DNA from: Paraspadella gotoi | Lineage: Eukaryota; Animalia; Chaetognatha | Assembly: GCA_051294375.1 (NCBI GenBank) | Contig: CM119267.1 | Span: forward strand, 4,235,260-4,299,259 | Direction: 5' to 3' | DNA length: 64,000 nucleotides | Shown here: positions 47,301 to 64,000 of the stretch, in pieces | How the letters are laid out: each line of letters opens with the position of its first letter | Position numbering within the stretch: position 1 is the first letter of the stretch | The notes under the pieces: generated by a model | What the model was told of the DNA's origin: nothing | The model's database searches: none | What the model saw: the letters and a program-made list of their open reading frames with translations, nothing else | Translations under genes and position numbers: made by a program

Positions 47301-50300
47301 CGGTGCAGCTCTCTACAGCCGACGCTCTGCCCCCGCTGCCAGTTAAAATGTCTTGGGTTCGTAACGGACTGCTCGTGTTAGGTGAGAGAAGAAATAAATA
47401 GGTGATAACTATTTTATTACTAAAACCCATTCGGTTATATCTTCAGGAATGGACAATGAGATGCAAGTTTACTCCCAATGGAAGTCGGCGCGAAATCTCA
47501 TCCATCGCTCCGCCTCGTGCTACCCTTCTCTGAAAACTTTAATCGGCGGACTCGCCGTCAACGACGACGACAACGACGACGGGACACCGCATTTGGACGA
47601 CGCCGCCGCCTTGTCGCGACTCACGCCGCAGCTGGCCAGCGGTGCCGTGTTGAAGCCCAGCGCCTCGTTGCTTAAACTCAGTCCTTCCATCAGGTAAAGT
47701 GTTTTGATTTTTTGTTTTCAAGTAACAAAATCAACAGTAATCAACTGTTTTTCTCCCTTTAGTTCCAGCATTCAGCGGACATCGTCCCATTCACTTTTCG
47801 GCGACTTTTTCAAGAAACGGTCGGACAGTCGACCCCGAGACGTGGACTCCGTCGACAGCGGCGGCGACGGGGAAAGGGATTCCGGCAACGATCTCCGAGC
47901 TCCTTACATCCAAGAGTGTGGGCTTTTCGAAGCCGCTAAGATGGCCAGTCACGTCTTGCCCCAGGTTTTGTTTCCTTTCATAAGTGTACAAAGTGATCGA
48001 AATTTACTTTTTGACCGACAATTTTTACAGTATCACCCCAAACAACTACTCGAACTCATGAACTCGGGGAAAGTGAATCGGGTGAAGGCGATACTCGCGC
48101 ATCTTGTCCGCTGCATCTGCGTCGCGCCCAAACGACTTCCCAAGTCCAAGTCGAGATTGTTCGCAGGTTCGGTCGTCAATTTTCTCTCGAGATGATTAAT
48201 TAACGCTGATCTTCTATTTCCAACTTTTGTTTCTCTTTATATCGTTTCGATTATCAAAATTCTTCCTCGCGTGTCGAATAAAAACGCGAAAATAATGTTC
48301 GTTCGTGTTTCTCCCTTCGGTTTATTGGTTAATCGCCGACAGATTTTATGCGCTCTCAGAATTTGCTTATAATGCCAGGAGGCACGAATTTGGAATATAA
48401 AACGTGTGGAGCGTTTTGACCTTGACTAAAATCGTCTTGCAAAATGTCGACCAATCATCCATTTTATCCCCCCTCTCAGCTGGTCAGCGGCGCTCCATGG
48501 CTGACCTTCAGGCGTCGTCGTCCTCGGAGACGCACACGCCTTCGAGCGGCGCCTGCGTAGAGATCGACGCCATTCCTCCTTTGCCGCTCTTCGCGCTGCT
48601 GGCGGCCGACGACGGCAAAACCGCCACCGTCGGCGTTCAGTCCAAAGTCGGCTCCGTCAGAAAATCTAGTGAGAATTGACTGAAATGAAACAAAAGTTTC
48701 CCTGCTACATAAACCTTTAACCTTTAATGTTTTTTAAATATTGAATTTAACCAGTGGTGGCGAATTCCGACAGCGGCTACGCTTCCTCTTCCTCTTCAAA
48801 CCCGACGAATCAAGACTACAGCCTCCTCTTCAGCTCCGACTTTAAAGACGAGGTCGAGGAGGAGTTTAACGTCGGCGTCGACGACGACGACGAAGAGAAG
48901 GACGACGACGAGGGTGAGTCTTGACTCGGTGTTCTCTTTCCCTTCCTTACTTAATGCTCTTCTTTCTTTCCTTCCCCAGACGTGACCGCTTCCGACGTTC
49001 CAATGTGGGTCTTCGGACCGCGCCACGTGAACCTGTTGACGACGCGTTTGTCGCGGGTTCAACTCCCGGGCTTGACGTCGCTCGATCAAATGTACCTCCT
49101 GGCGCTGGCCGATGTAGTGGCGAGCATCCGGCAGGAAGGGGAGGCGCCATCGGGCAAGGCGCCATCAGGCAAGGCCTCCTCAGACGCCGTCGATGCCATC
49201 AAAGACTGCGGGCTTCGTTTCCTCGCTGCCATGCGGCACCACGCCTACTTGCTGCGGACATTGCCCATGAGTCAACGGGCGCCGCTCAAGCAGAAAGGCC
49301 TCTCCTCCGCCAACATCGCTTGGGCCTTCCACTCGGAAGCCGAGGAGGAGTTGCTGAGTCTGGTGCCGTGCATGCAGAAGGACACGCCCACTTGGTCCGA
49401 ACTGAGAGAGTTCAAGATCGCCTGGTGGGTGAGGAACAACAACTCTCTTCGTCGCTGCCTCGAAAAAGTGGCCAAGGCCGCCTATCAGAAGCGCAAAGAT
49501 CCGCTCGACGCCGCCATTTTTTATTTGGCCATGAAGAAGAAGAACGTCCTCTGGGGTCTTTTCCGCTCCGGACACGACGAAAAGATGACGGCCTTCTTCC
49601 GTAACAACTTTACCGAGGATCGTTGGCGAAAGGCGGCGCTCAAAAACGCCTTTACCCTGATGAGCAAACAGCGTTTCGAGCACGCCGCGGCGTTCTTCTT
49701 GCTCGCCGGAGCCCTGAAGGACGCCGTGGAGGTGTGCCTCCACAAGCTTCAGGACCTCGACTTAGCGATGGTTCTGGCGAGACTGTACGAGGACGACCTG
49801 AGCGGCGGCGGCGGAAGCGGCGGCAGCGGCGGTGTCACGACGCAAGAGCGTCGTCTGCTCTATGAAGAGATCCTCGGTTGCGACGCCAACGGCGCCAATT
49901 ACTCTGCGCGAAAGGCGTCTACTGACCCGTTCAAGCGCAGCATGGCTTATTGGTTGGTCAAGGATTATTCCTCAGCGCTCACTACTCTGCTGGAGATGGA
50001 CGTTGGTAGGCCAAGGATCGCCAAAAACCATTCCACCGACGGATCTGACATGGACGCTTACTTTAGGTTTTCATTTGTGAAATATTTTCAAGCCTTTCCC
50101 CCGTCTTATTATTATTATTTTTTGTGTTTCAGAAATCCTTCCGTTTTCTATTTCTACAACTATTTGAGAACGCATCCTTTGATTCTGAAGCAACAGCAAG
50201 TCTTGACGGCGGCCGCCGCCTCTGCTACGGCAGAATCTCTTAAACAGAGTTCGGCCTCGGCACCTTCGTCGCGTCAGGGTGAAGTAAAAAGACTGAGCTA

Positions 50301-53300
50301 TTATATTATATTATTACTAGACCTTATTGCGTTGCCTTTTTGTTTAGCGATGTTTTACGAAGATGAAAAATTCATTGGTGGCGCCAACCTTTTGTTTCTC
50401 TTCACATCTTCGATGATCTTTTGTTTTCCCCTTGACAGTTCAGCGACGTTTCCGCCATCGAACGCCGCCTTTACTTCCTCACGGCTCACGTTCACTTCAC
50501 CAACGGATGTCCATCTTTGGCCTTGGAGGTGAACCGCCGGTTGAATAAGGACCTTTTTTTTTAGATTTTAAACTAAAATCGACCCTTTTTCCCCCAACTT
50601 TCAGGTTTTGTCCAAACTCCCGAACTTCGTAGAATTCGACTCGCGATCCTCCTCGGCTGTCGACTCGGACGTCGGCAGCCCTCGAGCGCCCCGTCGAAGT
50701 CCGCCGTCGACGGCCAACGACGTCGATTGGTCGGCGCCATCGAAAGGCGACGGCGCCGGAAATGGTTTTGACGATTTCGATTGGTCGGCGCCGGTGACGA
50801 GGGACGAACCCAAGCTCGATCTCAATTGGAGCGAGGACGAAGAGGAGGAGGAGGAGGAAGAGGGAGGAGGAAAAGAAAAGGAAAGCTTGGATCGAAAAGA
50901 TTCCTCCGCAGTCAACAATCATTCCTCGCCCAACAATCGGGACGAAAACAAGTTAGTCTAGAAACTAGAAATAAATATTACAATTACTAATTACAGTCTT
51001 GTATTTTTTTCACTCTTCACATCGTAATTAAATCTTTCAGAAAATCCGGGCAATTGGACATCATGGCGCAACAACTCAAATTCATCGCTTGTCTTAAAAT
51101 TCTCATGGAAGAGTTATCGACGCTGGCGACCGGATTTGAGGCCGACGGCGGGCAGCTCAGGTCAGTTTTTCAATTTGCAATTAATTCCCTTTCTCAATAG
51201 ATTATGATTCATCGATTTTTCTCGCAGATATTACTTGTACATTTGGTTGGACAAAGAGGTGGAGGCGCTGAAAAATTTGTGCGGATATCATTCATCCGAA
51301 GATGATGAAGCATCGAGACGAGAGTCGCAGTCAGACGACCAACTCGAAATGAGGTGCGCGCGCGCGTTTGTTCCTCTGTCTAATAGCGTCATTTGTTTAT
51401 AAATCTTAAAACCTTTTCATATTTTTCTCATTTCCCAGCTCTTCTCCTCCCGACGCCTCTCGATTGCACGACCTCTTGTTCGCCGACAAGTTGGATCTGG
51501 AGGCCAAGATCCGTCGGTTGTCCCGCCGAAAACGCTGGTTGACCTCCCACGCGCCTTTCCTTCGCACCCTGCTCTCGTATTGCGCCCTGCACGGCGCAGA
51601 CGGCGGGGGCCTCGCCTCAGTCCGGATGGAGCTGATCCTGCTGCTTCAGGAGCTTCAGCAGGAGAAGCCCGCATCGAAGCTGCTCAGCTCGCCGCTTCCG
51701 TTTCCGACGACGCTGCCCCTGCTGAGTGCGTCGGTGGCGCCGTCGAAGACCGTCCACGGCAACGGTGAGTGTTGGTTGGTTCGTTGTTCGTTTTTTTGAG
51801 TGATGCGACAATTTAAAAGAAGATAACACATTGAAAGAGGCAATGAAAAATATTTTTGTTCACGTTTAGACTAATAGTGTTAGAGGAGGATTCCTCTTCA
51901 CAATTCCGTCTCCATCAATAGTCTTTTTCTTTCTTCTCAGATCCACTCCGCTATCTCGAGAATTTGACAAAGGACATACTCCACTCTGTCAATGAGATAT
52001 CTCTCCCGCCGGGACCCTCGAGATATTCGGGTGAGGGCACGGTTTTTTTAGCCAGTTTTGCAAAAATGTCTTTTCTAAAATAATATTTTTAAGTATTTAA
52101 ACTCCATTCGCCCATATTAAGATTCTTCGGCGGAATCGGACGACGCCCACTTCCGTCGACTCGTCGTCCTCCGTAATCTCGGCTGCGCCCTTTCCGCCTG
52201 CATCTATCAAAGTCTTTGTGACGCCGACTCGTTTTCCTCTCACGTCGTCGACGACTCGAGTTCGTTTCCGTTTTTTATTTTCGTTCTCGTTGCTTTTATT
52301 TTTCGTTGGGTCTCGAGGGCTCGCGAAACCAATTCTAAAAGTCAATTCTCGGTTGGTCGGTCGGTCCGTTCGTCAGTTTTTTCAAGTTTTTCAAATATTT
52401 GAATACTTGGTAGTAAAGTTATTTACCATGAGATGCATTATGTGCGTTTGTCTAATACTTGTGCAGTTACGGGATCATTTTGAAATACGTGCATTGAAAA
52501 TAATTGAACTTGCCAGCTTATTTTATTATCTACGAAACTCCCCTTCTCTTCCCCCCCCCTCAGACGTGGGCATGGAAGGCTTCACATCGACTGCGCTCGT
52601 TTTCAAGGACAGTTACTTGATGGCACGGTCGAGAACGACGAGCTCTTCCGAAACCGAGACGCGCGCCGCCGGAAAGCAGCGACGACAGCCGCAACAGCCT
52701 CCGCAGCAGACGGAGAAGCCGCAGCATCAAGCGCTGGTGACTTCGTCTCCCTCAAAATGGCCGGGCGTCCACTCCTTGCGAATGCTACTGACGCAGGTGA
52801 GTAAAAGAGATTGAGCAAAAAAATAAAAAACAAACAACAATAAAAAATTACAACACTTTAACACGGTAATATTAATACTCCAATATCTTTTTTTTCCAAG
52901 GACGACTCGCCATCGCGGCCTCTGCACGTGCTGCTGTGCGAAGCGGCCGTCGCCGTTTATCTCAGTCTCTTGGTCCACTCGCTGTCAACTTACGATCCGG
53001 GCATCCTCTTCCGCCTCGTTTCCCAGCCTCTGACCACTGGTGAGAAACTTGTCCGCGTCTGTTTGATTAGAGAAGAGCAACAGGATTAGCTTATGTATCG
53101 TTGTTAATTTTTCCACTAGGCAACATCTTCAGCGTTCTCTTTGGCGGCGGAAATCGACGCCAACTCTCCGTCCCACCCGTTCCCTCCCGACCGCCTCCTC
53201 GTCCCGACTCTAAGACTCCCCCCCCAAGACCGCCAGCCACTCGCCCCTCTCCGCCCATTCCAGCTCCTTCGCGCCCCCCACCTCCTCCTTCGTCGTCGTC

Positions 53301-56300
53301 GCCCCTGCCCCAACGGCCCGCCCGTGGCCCAACGGTGATTCGCGATCACAACCAGGCCAGGGCAGACTTCGTCCAACGCGTCGTCGGACCGAAGACGTCC
53401 TCGTCGAACCCGTCGCCGATCTCGAGACAGAACAGCGCCGTCGAAGACGGAGAAGCGAGACCGGTGGGGGGAAAGACGGGGGGGTGCAATGTGAACAAAA
53501 AAAAACTATCGTGATAAGTTAATTTACATTTTACTTTAATTTCGTTAGGCGGACGTCAAACCCGCTTTTCAAGAGACGTTCGTTCCGCCGGAAATGTCGC
53601 TAATCAACTATTTTCTGTCTAAACCGACGACGGGAATAGGAAAGTTGGTCGAGTACGACTCCGACGACGACCAGGACGACGAATACGACGACGACGACGA
53701 ACTCAACGAAGTCGGGGCCAAGGAGCATCTGGATCCTCAATCGTACAGTTGGTGCCTTCTCAGGTGCGCCACCGAGTGGGAGAAAAAGTATTATTTACTT
53801 ATTATTCTTGTCTTTTTTTCCCCCTCAGATACGTGATAGTGCGATACGTACTTCGCCACCTTCGCCTTTTCCTGCCCTCGGCGGGTTTGGAATTGTCCGA
53901 GTTGGCGGTGTCGTCGCCTCTTCTTCACGGGGCTACGTCGACTCTCGAAGGATGGGCGTCGGTGCTGCTCGGGCGTCTCGAGGCCTTCCCGACTCCGCCG
54001 CCCGAATACATTCCCCAGTGCTACGTGGAAACAAGCGTCCAGGTTCGGACCGGTTTGGTGGAATAACTTTTTCTATTTTTTAATTGATTATCCGCTCATC
54101 TGACCGAGATTTTGCAGGGCCCTTCAATCCTCAAGTACAAAGCTATGTTGGAACCCAACAACACCCCGTTTCCCTCGACGGACAAGGGAGCGGGTCCCTG
54201 CCGCAGGCTCTGGCACTTCCTCATCACTCAAACGGAGAACCAAGACATTTTCATCAGGTTTTTTTTTTTGAGTGTGGGCTTCATATCCGCCAGCGAGTTC
54301 TTTTCTGTTCAGGTGGTTCGGGCATTAATTGTTTTCAAATTACAAAAATTCTCAGGTATATTTTCAAGAAAAAACCTGGCAGCGTCCTCCAAATGCCAGA
54401 CAGGTTAGACGGACACCTCATCAGGGAAGATCTGGGCGACCTTTTGACAGCCATCCCTATTAACGGTTTCGCCGAGGGCGACTCCGCCAAGGATGAGCGA
54501 TCCCGATCCTGTTCCGAGGCGAAAACGCTACACAAAGAGCAGGTGGGATGTTAGAAAATAGCATTAGGAAACCTATGCGACTTTATGAGCGTGACCTCAC
54601 CGGAACGCATTATGTCTAAAATAATCTCTAAAATACTACTATAAAACTTTTACAAAAACCGAATCAAAAGATATATGAGAAATATTTTAATCTGCTACAA
54701 TATGTAAATTAATCACAGCATTTTCGAAAAATGAACGACAACATTTTTTTCCTTCAATCGCAGGACCTGATCCCGGCGTTCTGCTTGAATCGCGGCAAGA
54801 CAGCGACTCTGGCTCTGGCGACGGAGGAATACATCCAGGAATTGGACGTGACGCGAATCCTTCGCCCCGAGGCGGAACTCGTCGTCGTGGACATCGAGGG
54901 CAACGTGGTCGACCTCGACGACGACGCCGGCGCCGACGCCGCCGATCATTTTCTCGGTCACTTTTCCCTCTCGGCTTTGCAAGGTCAGAGAGGCGAAAGA
55001 AAAATGGATTTTAAAACCGAAAGATTAACATTTATTGCGAGAAAATTCGAAAGGAATGACAAAATCCTTTAAAAAAATAGACAAAACAGAGAAAAAACAG
55101 GAAGTGTTCAGTTATACAGAGAGATTCTATATGAGTTTGGGTGTTTCGTTGTTAATAAAACTAATGGTTTATTTCCTGGTTCCGTTCCCTTCGTAAGGAG
55201 CCACGGGGATTCACCTGACGTCGTCTTCCCAATCCTCCAACGTGATCCTGAAGCGAGGCGTCGACGGAGTGCGTCGAATGACGTCGCACCCCCACCTTCC
55301 TTACTACCTCTCTGGCGGCGCCGACGGGGCCGTTCACGTGTGGGAGTGGGGCCACCACCGGGCCATTGCCACGCCCAGGCCGGCTGGCGCCTTTCCCAAG
55401 GTCACGCGGCTTCGATTCAACGCTCAAGGTCTGTCGGTCAAAACCGCCCTTGTCTTTTTTTTTTTGTTGTTTTTTTTGAGAGTAAACTAAAATTCACCAA
55501 ATCTTTCTTTTCGGTTCCTGTCAATCTAAATATACAATATATATATTTATGCACAGAGGATGGTAAGCGTAGTTTAGAATTTTTCCTTTTTATCCCGGGG
55601 TATTGTAGCTTAAAATATTTCTCATTTACTTTATTATTAACTACTTTCTTCGTAGGTTGTAGATTTTACTCGGGCTCAGTTAGATGGTTTTCGCTTATTT
55701 CATTTGTTTTGAGTCAAGTTAGCAAAATGTTACTATTTACATTTAATATTGCGTTTTGCTTCGTATATTCAGAACGTCCGCAGTAGACGGGTACATTAAG
55801 TGGGTCAAATTTTTTTTTTTTTTTATATCAAAAACATGAAGATTTCCTCAAGAAAAAAAATTGGCCTTCAGGTAACAAGTTTGGTGTTTGCGACGGAGAA
55901 GGCGGACTCTGCCTATTCCACATCGGCGTCGGAGCCAACGGGATGAAACCCTTCTACAGCGTCTCCTGTCACTCGAAAGCCGCCAGTGAGTCCCTCGGTC
56001 CGTCGGTTTTTAAGAAATATATCATCGGTCGATCATTGTCATTGTCCCGTTGAAGGCGACTTCGCGTTCGTCGGGGCATCTTCGCTCTTGGCTTCTTCCG
56101 GCCATTCCTCCGACGGCCACAATGTAGCCGTCTGGGATTCGCTAATGCCCCAACGATCGGCCAGGATCCAGGCATTTTCGGTCCACGAGGGCGGCAGCCC
56201 GTGCCTCCTTTACTCACCCAAGCACCAAGTTCTAGTCTCCGGTAAGGCGGTCGTCGATGATCGTTAACAAGTTGCTTCGCCTACGAGGTAGCGATGGAGA

Positions 56301-56769
56301 TTTTATTTTTTCCCTCGCGACGCAGGCGGTCAAAAAGGCGACGTTTCCATTATCGATCTCCGCGCGAACCAACTCCGCCACACGTTCCACGCCCACGATA
56401 CGGCCGTCAAATGCCTGGCGCTGGATCCCACGCAAGAGTCATTCGCCACCGGGGCAGCCGACGGTGACATCAAAATCTGGGGCCTCGGCGTCCACGGATC
56501 CCTCCATTCTTTCCCCGCGCAACACGTGCAAACCTCGTCCTTCTTCCGTCAGGGGGGAGCCGGAGTGTCGCAACTTCTCATCGCGCCCTCGGGATCTTCC
56601 CTTCACAGGTTCTCGCTTCAAGGGTTGTGGATCACAGTGGCACCTTGATGGCCTAATTATCGTCCGAGACGAGTCTTCCTGGATCTCTCATCTTTGTCTT
56701 TTTTCTCGCAGTGATCTCATTTCGAGCGGCGCCGATGGGAGCGTGAGAGTCCGACACCTGTACTACTGA
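38330..56769 (+). CDS. DMXL2: DmX-like / Rabconnectin-3 alpha (WD40 + Rav1p_C), multi-exon; single ortholog of DMXL1/2
   Basis: MNRHQ|VLTGAVN..GVPFVAYGAGCDVVIL, YVAHPRAVTGFQWRRTSKYMPRG, HFHLAATINP, CGHRFRMND..CHPVFPLLL, LPQ|YHPKQLLELMN, Rav1p_C-like KVAKAAYQKRKDPLDAAIFYLAMKKK...RWRKAALKNAF, C-terminal WD40 repeats, ...SGADGSVRVRHLYY*. Confidence 0.95.
41255..41721 (+). repeat. Minisatellite (~26-29 bp units) in a DMXL intron, derived from the downstream acceptor junction
   Basis: Units (ttacccat/ttattaat)caaatccacttt(c/t)caaatct repeated about 16 times, ending in the true acceptor ttacccgtcaaag|ccactttcaccg. Confidence 0.85.
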
Positions 56770-59494
56770 GCAAAAAGGGAGATATCCGAAATGTGAAAAG
56801 ACGAATTCATTTCCTTGAATGTGGAGAGACACTTGCGGATTCTGATGCCCATGAAATGAATGTGTGACAAAATCATGTTCGCTTTCTTGTGTCCCCGGCT
56901 TCGAAATTGCGAAAACCTTTGACCAATTTCCGAAAAAGTTTTTTATTAATTTGATTAGAGGGGTTTTTTGGGGCAAATGTAATAATACGCTCTTTGGATA
57001 CTTTTTTTACAGCTACGTACGTAGGTAGAATTTTTGTTAAAAGCCAGTTGTATTTGTTGGTATTCTTTGATTTACATATCAATGATGTATTGTAGAAATT
57101 AATTGAAACTTTCCTCTGCCGGGGCCTTGATTTTTTTCATTACTACGTAATACTAAGTAGTTAATTACTAATTGGCTTTTATTTTCTCAAGCATTATCTT
57201 TCTTAATTTGAATATTCATAAAATAGACATAGAATAAACAAGATCAGTTTGGTTTAGCTATCCTTTTTTTATTATTCTTGCTGTCATGTGATATACTTGC
57301 CGTTTTTTTAATACAACTATTAATCACTTAATAGAGATTGTGACAAAGGGAAGCTTAAATGAATAAAAAAGTGAGGTTACTTTATTAATTGTAGTCAAAC
57401 AGGGTTTAATTGGGTTAATTTGAAAGATTTAAACTTAAATTGATAATATTTCGTTGGTATCTTATATTTTTGAAAAAAAACACAAAACTATTTCAGAGAA
57501 TTTGGAAAATCACTTTTTTTTTTGCATTCAATATTCCAATTTGTTACAATCTGTTAATAACTAGTCTTGTTTTGGGATCAGTAGGAAGGTTTTAACTAAG
57601 ATATAATCCAAATACATGCCTTCCAATTAAGATGAGAATTATATTTTTGATAGCTGGTATGTTGGAGGATATCTTTGTTGTTAAATAGAAAATACATTTT
57701 TAAGCTAGTATTTTTCTATTCTTTAGCGTAGTGGATGGGCTTACCGTTCAGCTTATTTATGATTTTTTTTCTCAGTACTGTGTTATTGCTGTTAGTTACG
57801 TTTAAATCACTGTAAATTTAATAATATTTTCCGGTTCTCCCGTCACTACATCATGCTAAATTGTGTAACCACACTGAGAATTAATGTAATACTTATTTCT
57901 CAATATAATCAATATTAAAGTTTATCTTCGTTCTCGACACCCTGTTCGTTAAAGATAGAAAAATTGTCAAGTATTGAACGTTTTATGTTCTCTTGCTGTG
58001 GATGTTTTCCTTAAATCAATTATAGTAAAAATTATTATCTTGTTGGTTTATTTGTACTTCCAAAAATGTTAATGCCTAAAATATATTCAAAATTTATGAT
58101 GTCCAATAAATATCATTAATGAAAGTTAAATCTTCAATTCAAAACAAAACTTTTCAGTTATTTTTAAGCCATTTTAAATTACTTTTAAATACATATATAT
58201 AATATTCGTTTATATAATCAGTCTGTGATCCCTTGAATTTTTGGAGTTTACATTTGCATTGAGATTTGATAAAATTTATAACTTTATTTGGTAATAATTT
58301 GTGAATCTGTGCGTTTTTTGTGCTGACTTTAACAATGACTTATTAGCCTTTATGTTGACCAATAATCGACGTCTAATCTTTGTGAAAGCAAGTTACTCCT
58401 ATTAAATGGGAATAAGTCTTGGAGACTAATTTCAATCAAATATAAAATAAATCTTATATTTCATTCCCCAAATATTTCATTATTTATTTATGATAGCTAA
58501 ATCATTTTGTATTTTGTCACAAAAGGTTTCCAGTGGTGTCCTTTCACAGGATTTTCTTCCGTTATGAAATTAAGTAAAATTAAAAGTTAATCACGAATGC
58601 ATTTTTCTGTTTAGATATTTCTTTCTATCTTCTACTATATTTGCTAAATTCGCTCTTTCCATTCGATGTCTTGGTTATATTTCTAGTCGTTATTAAAATA
58701 TTTAAAAAACTTTAATCTCTGGTTTCAAATTCTTTTCACTCACGATCATAATAGTTGCTATCTCTAAATTATTATCTGATTATATCATTCTAATTTATTG
58801 TTACAATTAAGTTTCAACAGATTTTCGGCTTCACCCGCTGATGATTTTCCCTACATAGTGCAACAACAGTAGGGGGTAAAGAAGGTAAAGAAAGTTTGGA
58901 TGGATCGAAAGTGGAGAAACTCGGCTCGGCTCGGTCATTGACTCGTCATCCAATTCGCACAGTCGACTTTCCAGCGATGGGAGATCCCGAGAGAAGGGAG
59001 GAGGACAGACTCTGTGATCTTTCCGACTTTGCAACGACGACAGGACGAATCCTCATCTTTTACCGTCCACGGTTCAATCGCCTTAACGTAGAAACAAATT
59101 TAAACTAACGCGCCGCGCGCGAATGGATCCCGCCTTCGTCTCTCGCCTCCGCCGTCGTCGTCGTCGTCGTCGTCTTTCACTTTTCGCCTTCATCGTCATG
59201 TGATATCGTCATCCCTCTGCTTTTTTCTTCTTCCCATTCGCGAGTCATTCTCATTTCGTTGCGAGTTTCCTTCCTCTTCCCCGATGCCGAGGAACTATCG
59301 AAGAAGTAAACTTCATATCTTCGCAATCTCTTCTCCTTTCTCCATTTCCTCTCTTTTTCTCTCATCTCCGTATTCGCATCGCGGCGAGATTCTGATCAAC
59401 GCCTCCATGACGCGTTGACGCCTTCGCGTTGACGCCGTCGCCCGGGTTCCGCTTCAAGCGGCACTCGAGGCGAGACAGCGGCGCGGAATCAGAC

Positions 59495-63856
<4,362 letters not shown>

Positions 63857-64000
63857 GTAAGGCTAACGTTAACGTTCTCCATTTCTCTTAACCCTCACCT
63901 TTGGCTTCGGCTTCTCGATGTGTTTATTATTTTCTTGCGCCTTTCCAAATGCTTTGAGAAGTCGAGAAAAAGGGAAACCCTTTCTCCCCTTAAAATCTAG

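Noticed and set aside
56800-58800. Hidden gene in the AT-rich DMXL-TTBK gap (also 2460-3350)
   Set aside because: No spliceable ORF or RNA-gene signature found by eye.

Overview
Eukaryotic (invertebrate animal-like) genomic DNA with GC/CpG-rich exons and short (mostly 60-110 nt) AT-rich introns. I read 14 protein-coding genes, all on the + strand: the 3' end of SEC14L1-like, RNF10, an intronless LRR-Ig membrane protein, an unannotated CAP-Gly + tandem CCCH zinc-finger protein, a Tra2-like RRM protein lacking the C-terminal RS domain, UBAC1/KPC2 with a poly-His tail, a divergent forkhead gene, an 8-finger C2H2 gene, an ankyrin-SOCS box gene, a C5orf63-like glutaredoxin, KIF3A, DCPS, DMXL/Rabconnectin-3alpha and the 5' part of TTBK. 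Main points of interest: (1) an operon-like layout, including a 33-nt G-free gap between the glutaredoxin-like stop and the KIF3A start; (2) the CAP-Gly/CCCH fusion; (3) a non-autonomous DIRS1-type retrotransposon with ITRs and an internal complementary region, inserted cleanly in a KIF3A intron; (4) tandem repeats built from splice junctions; (5) at least five GC-AG introns; (6) Helentron/DINE-like, foldback and SINE/LINE-tail-like repeats. Gene identities come from remembered family motifs and hand-spliced exon models; no searches were run and the species is not identified.
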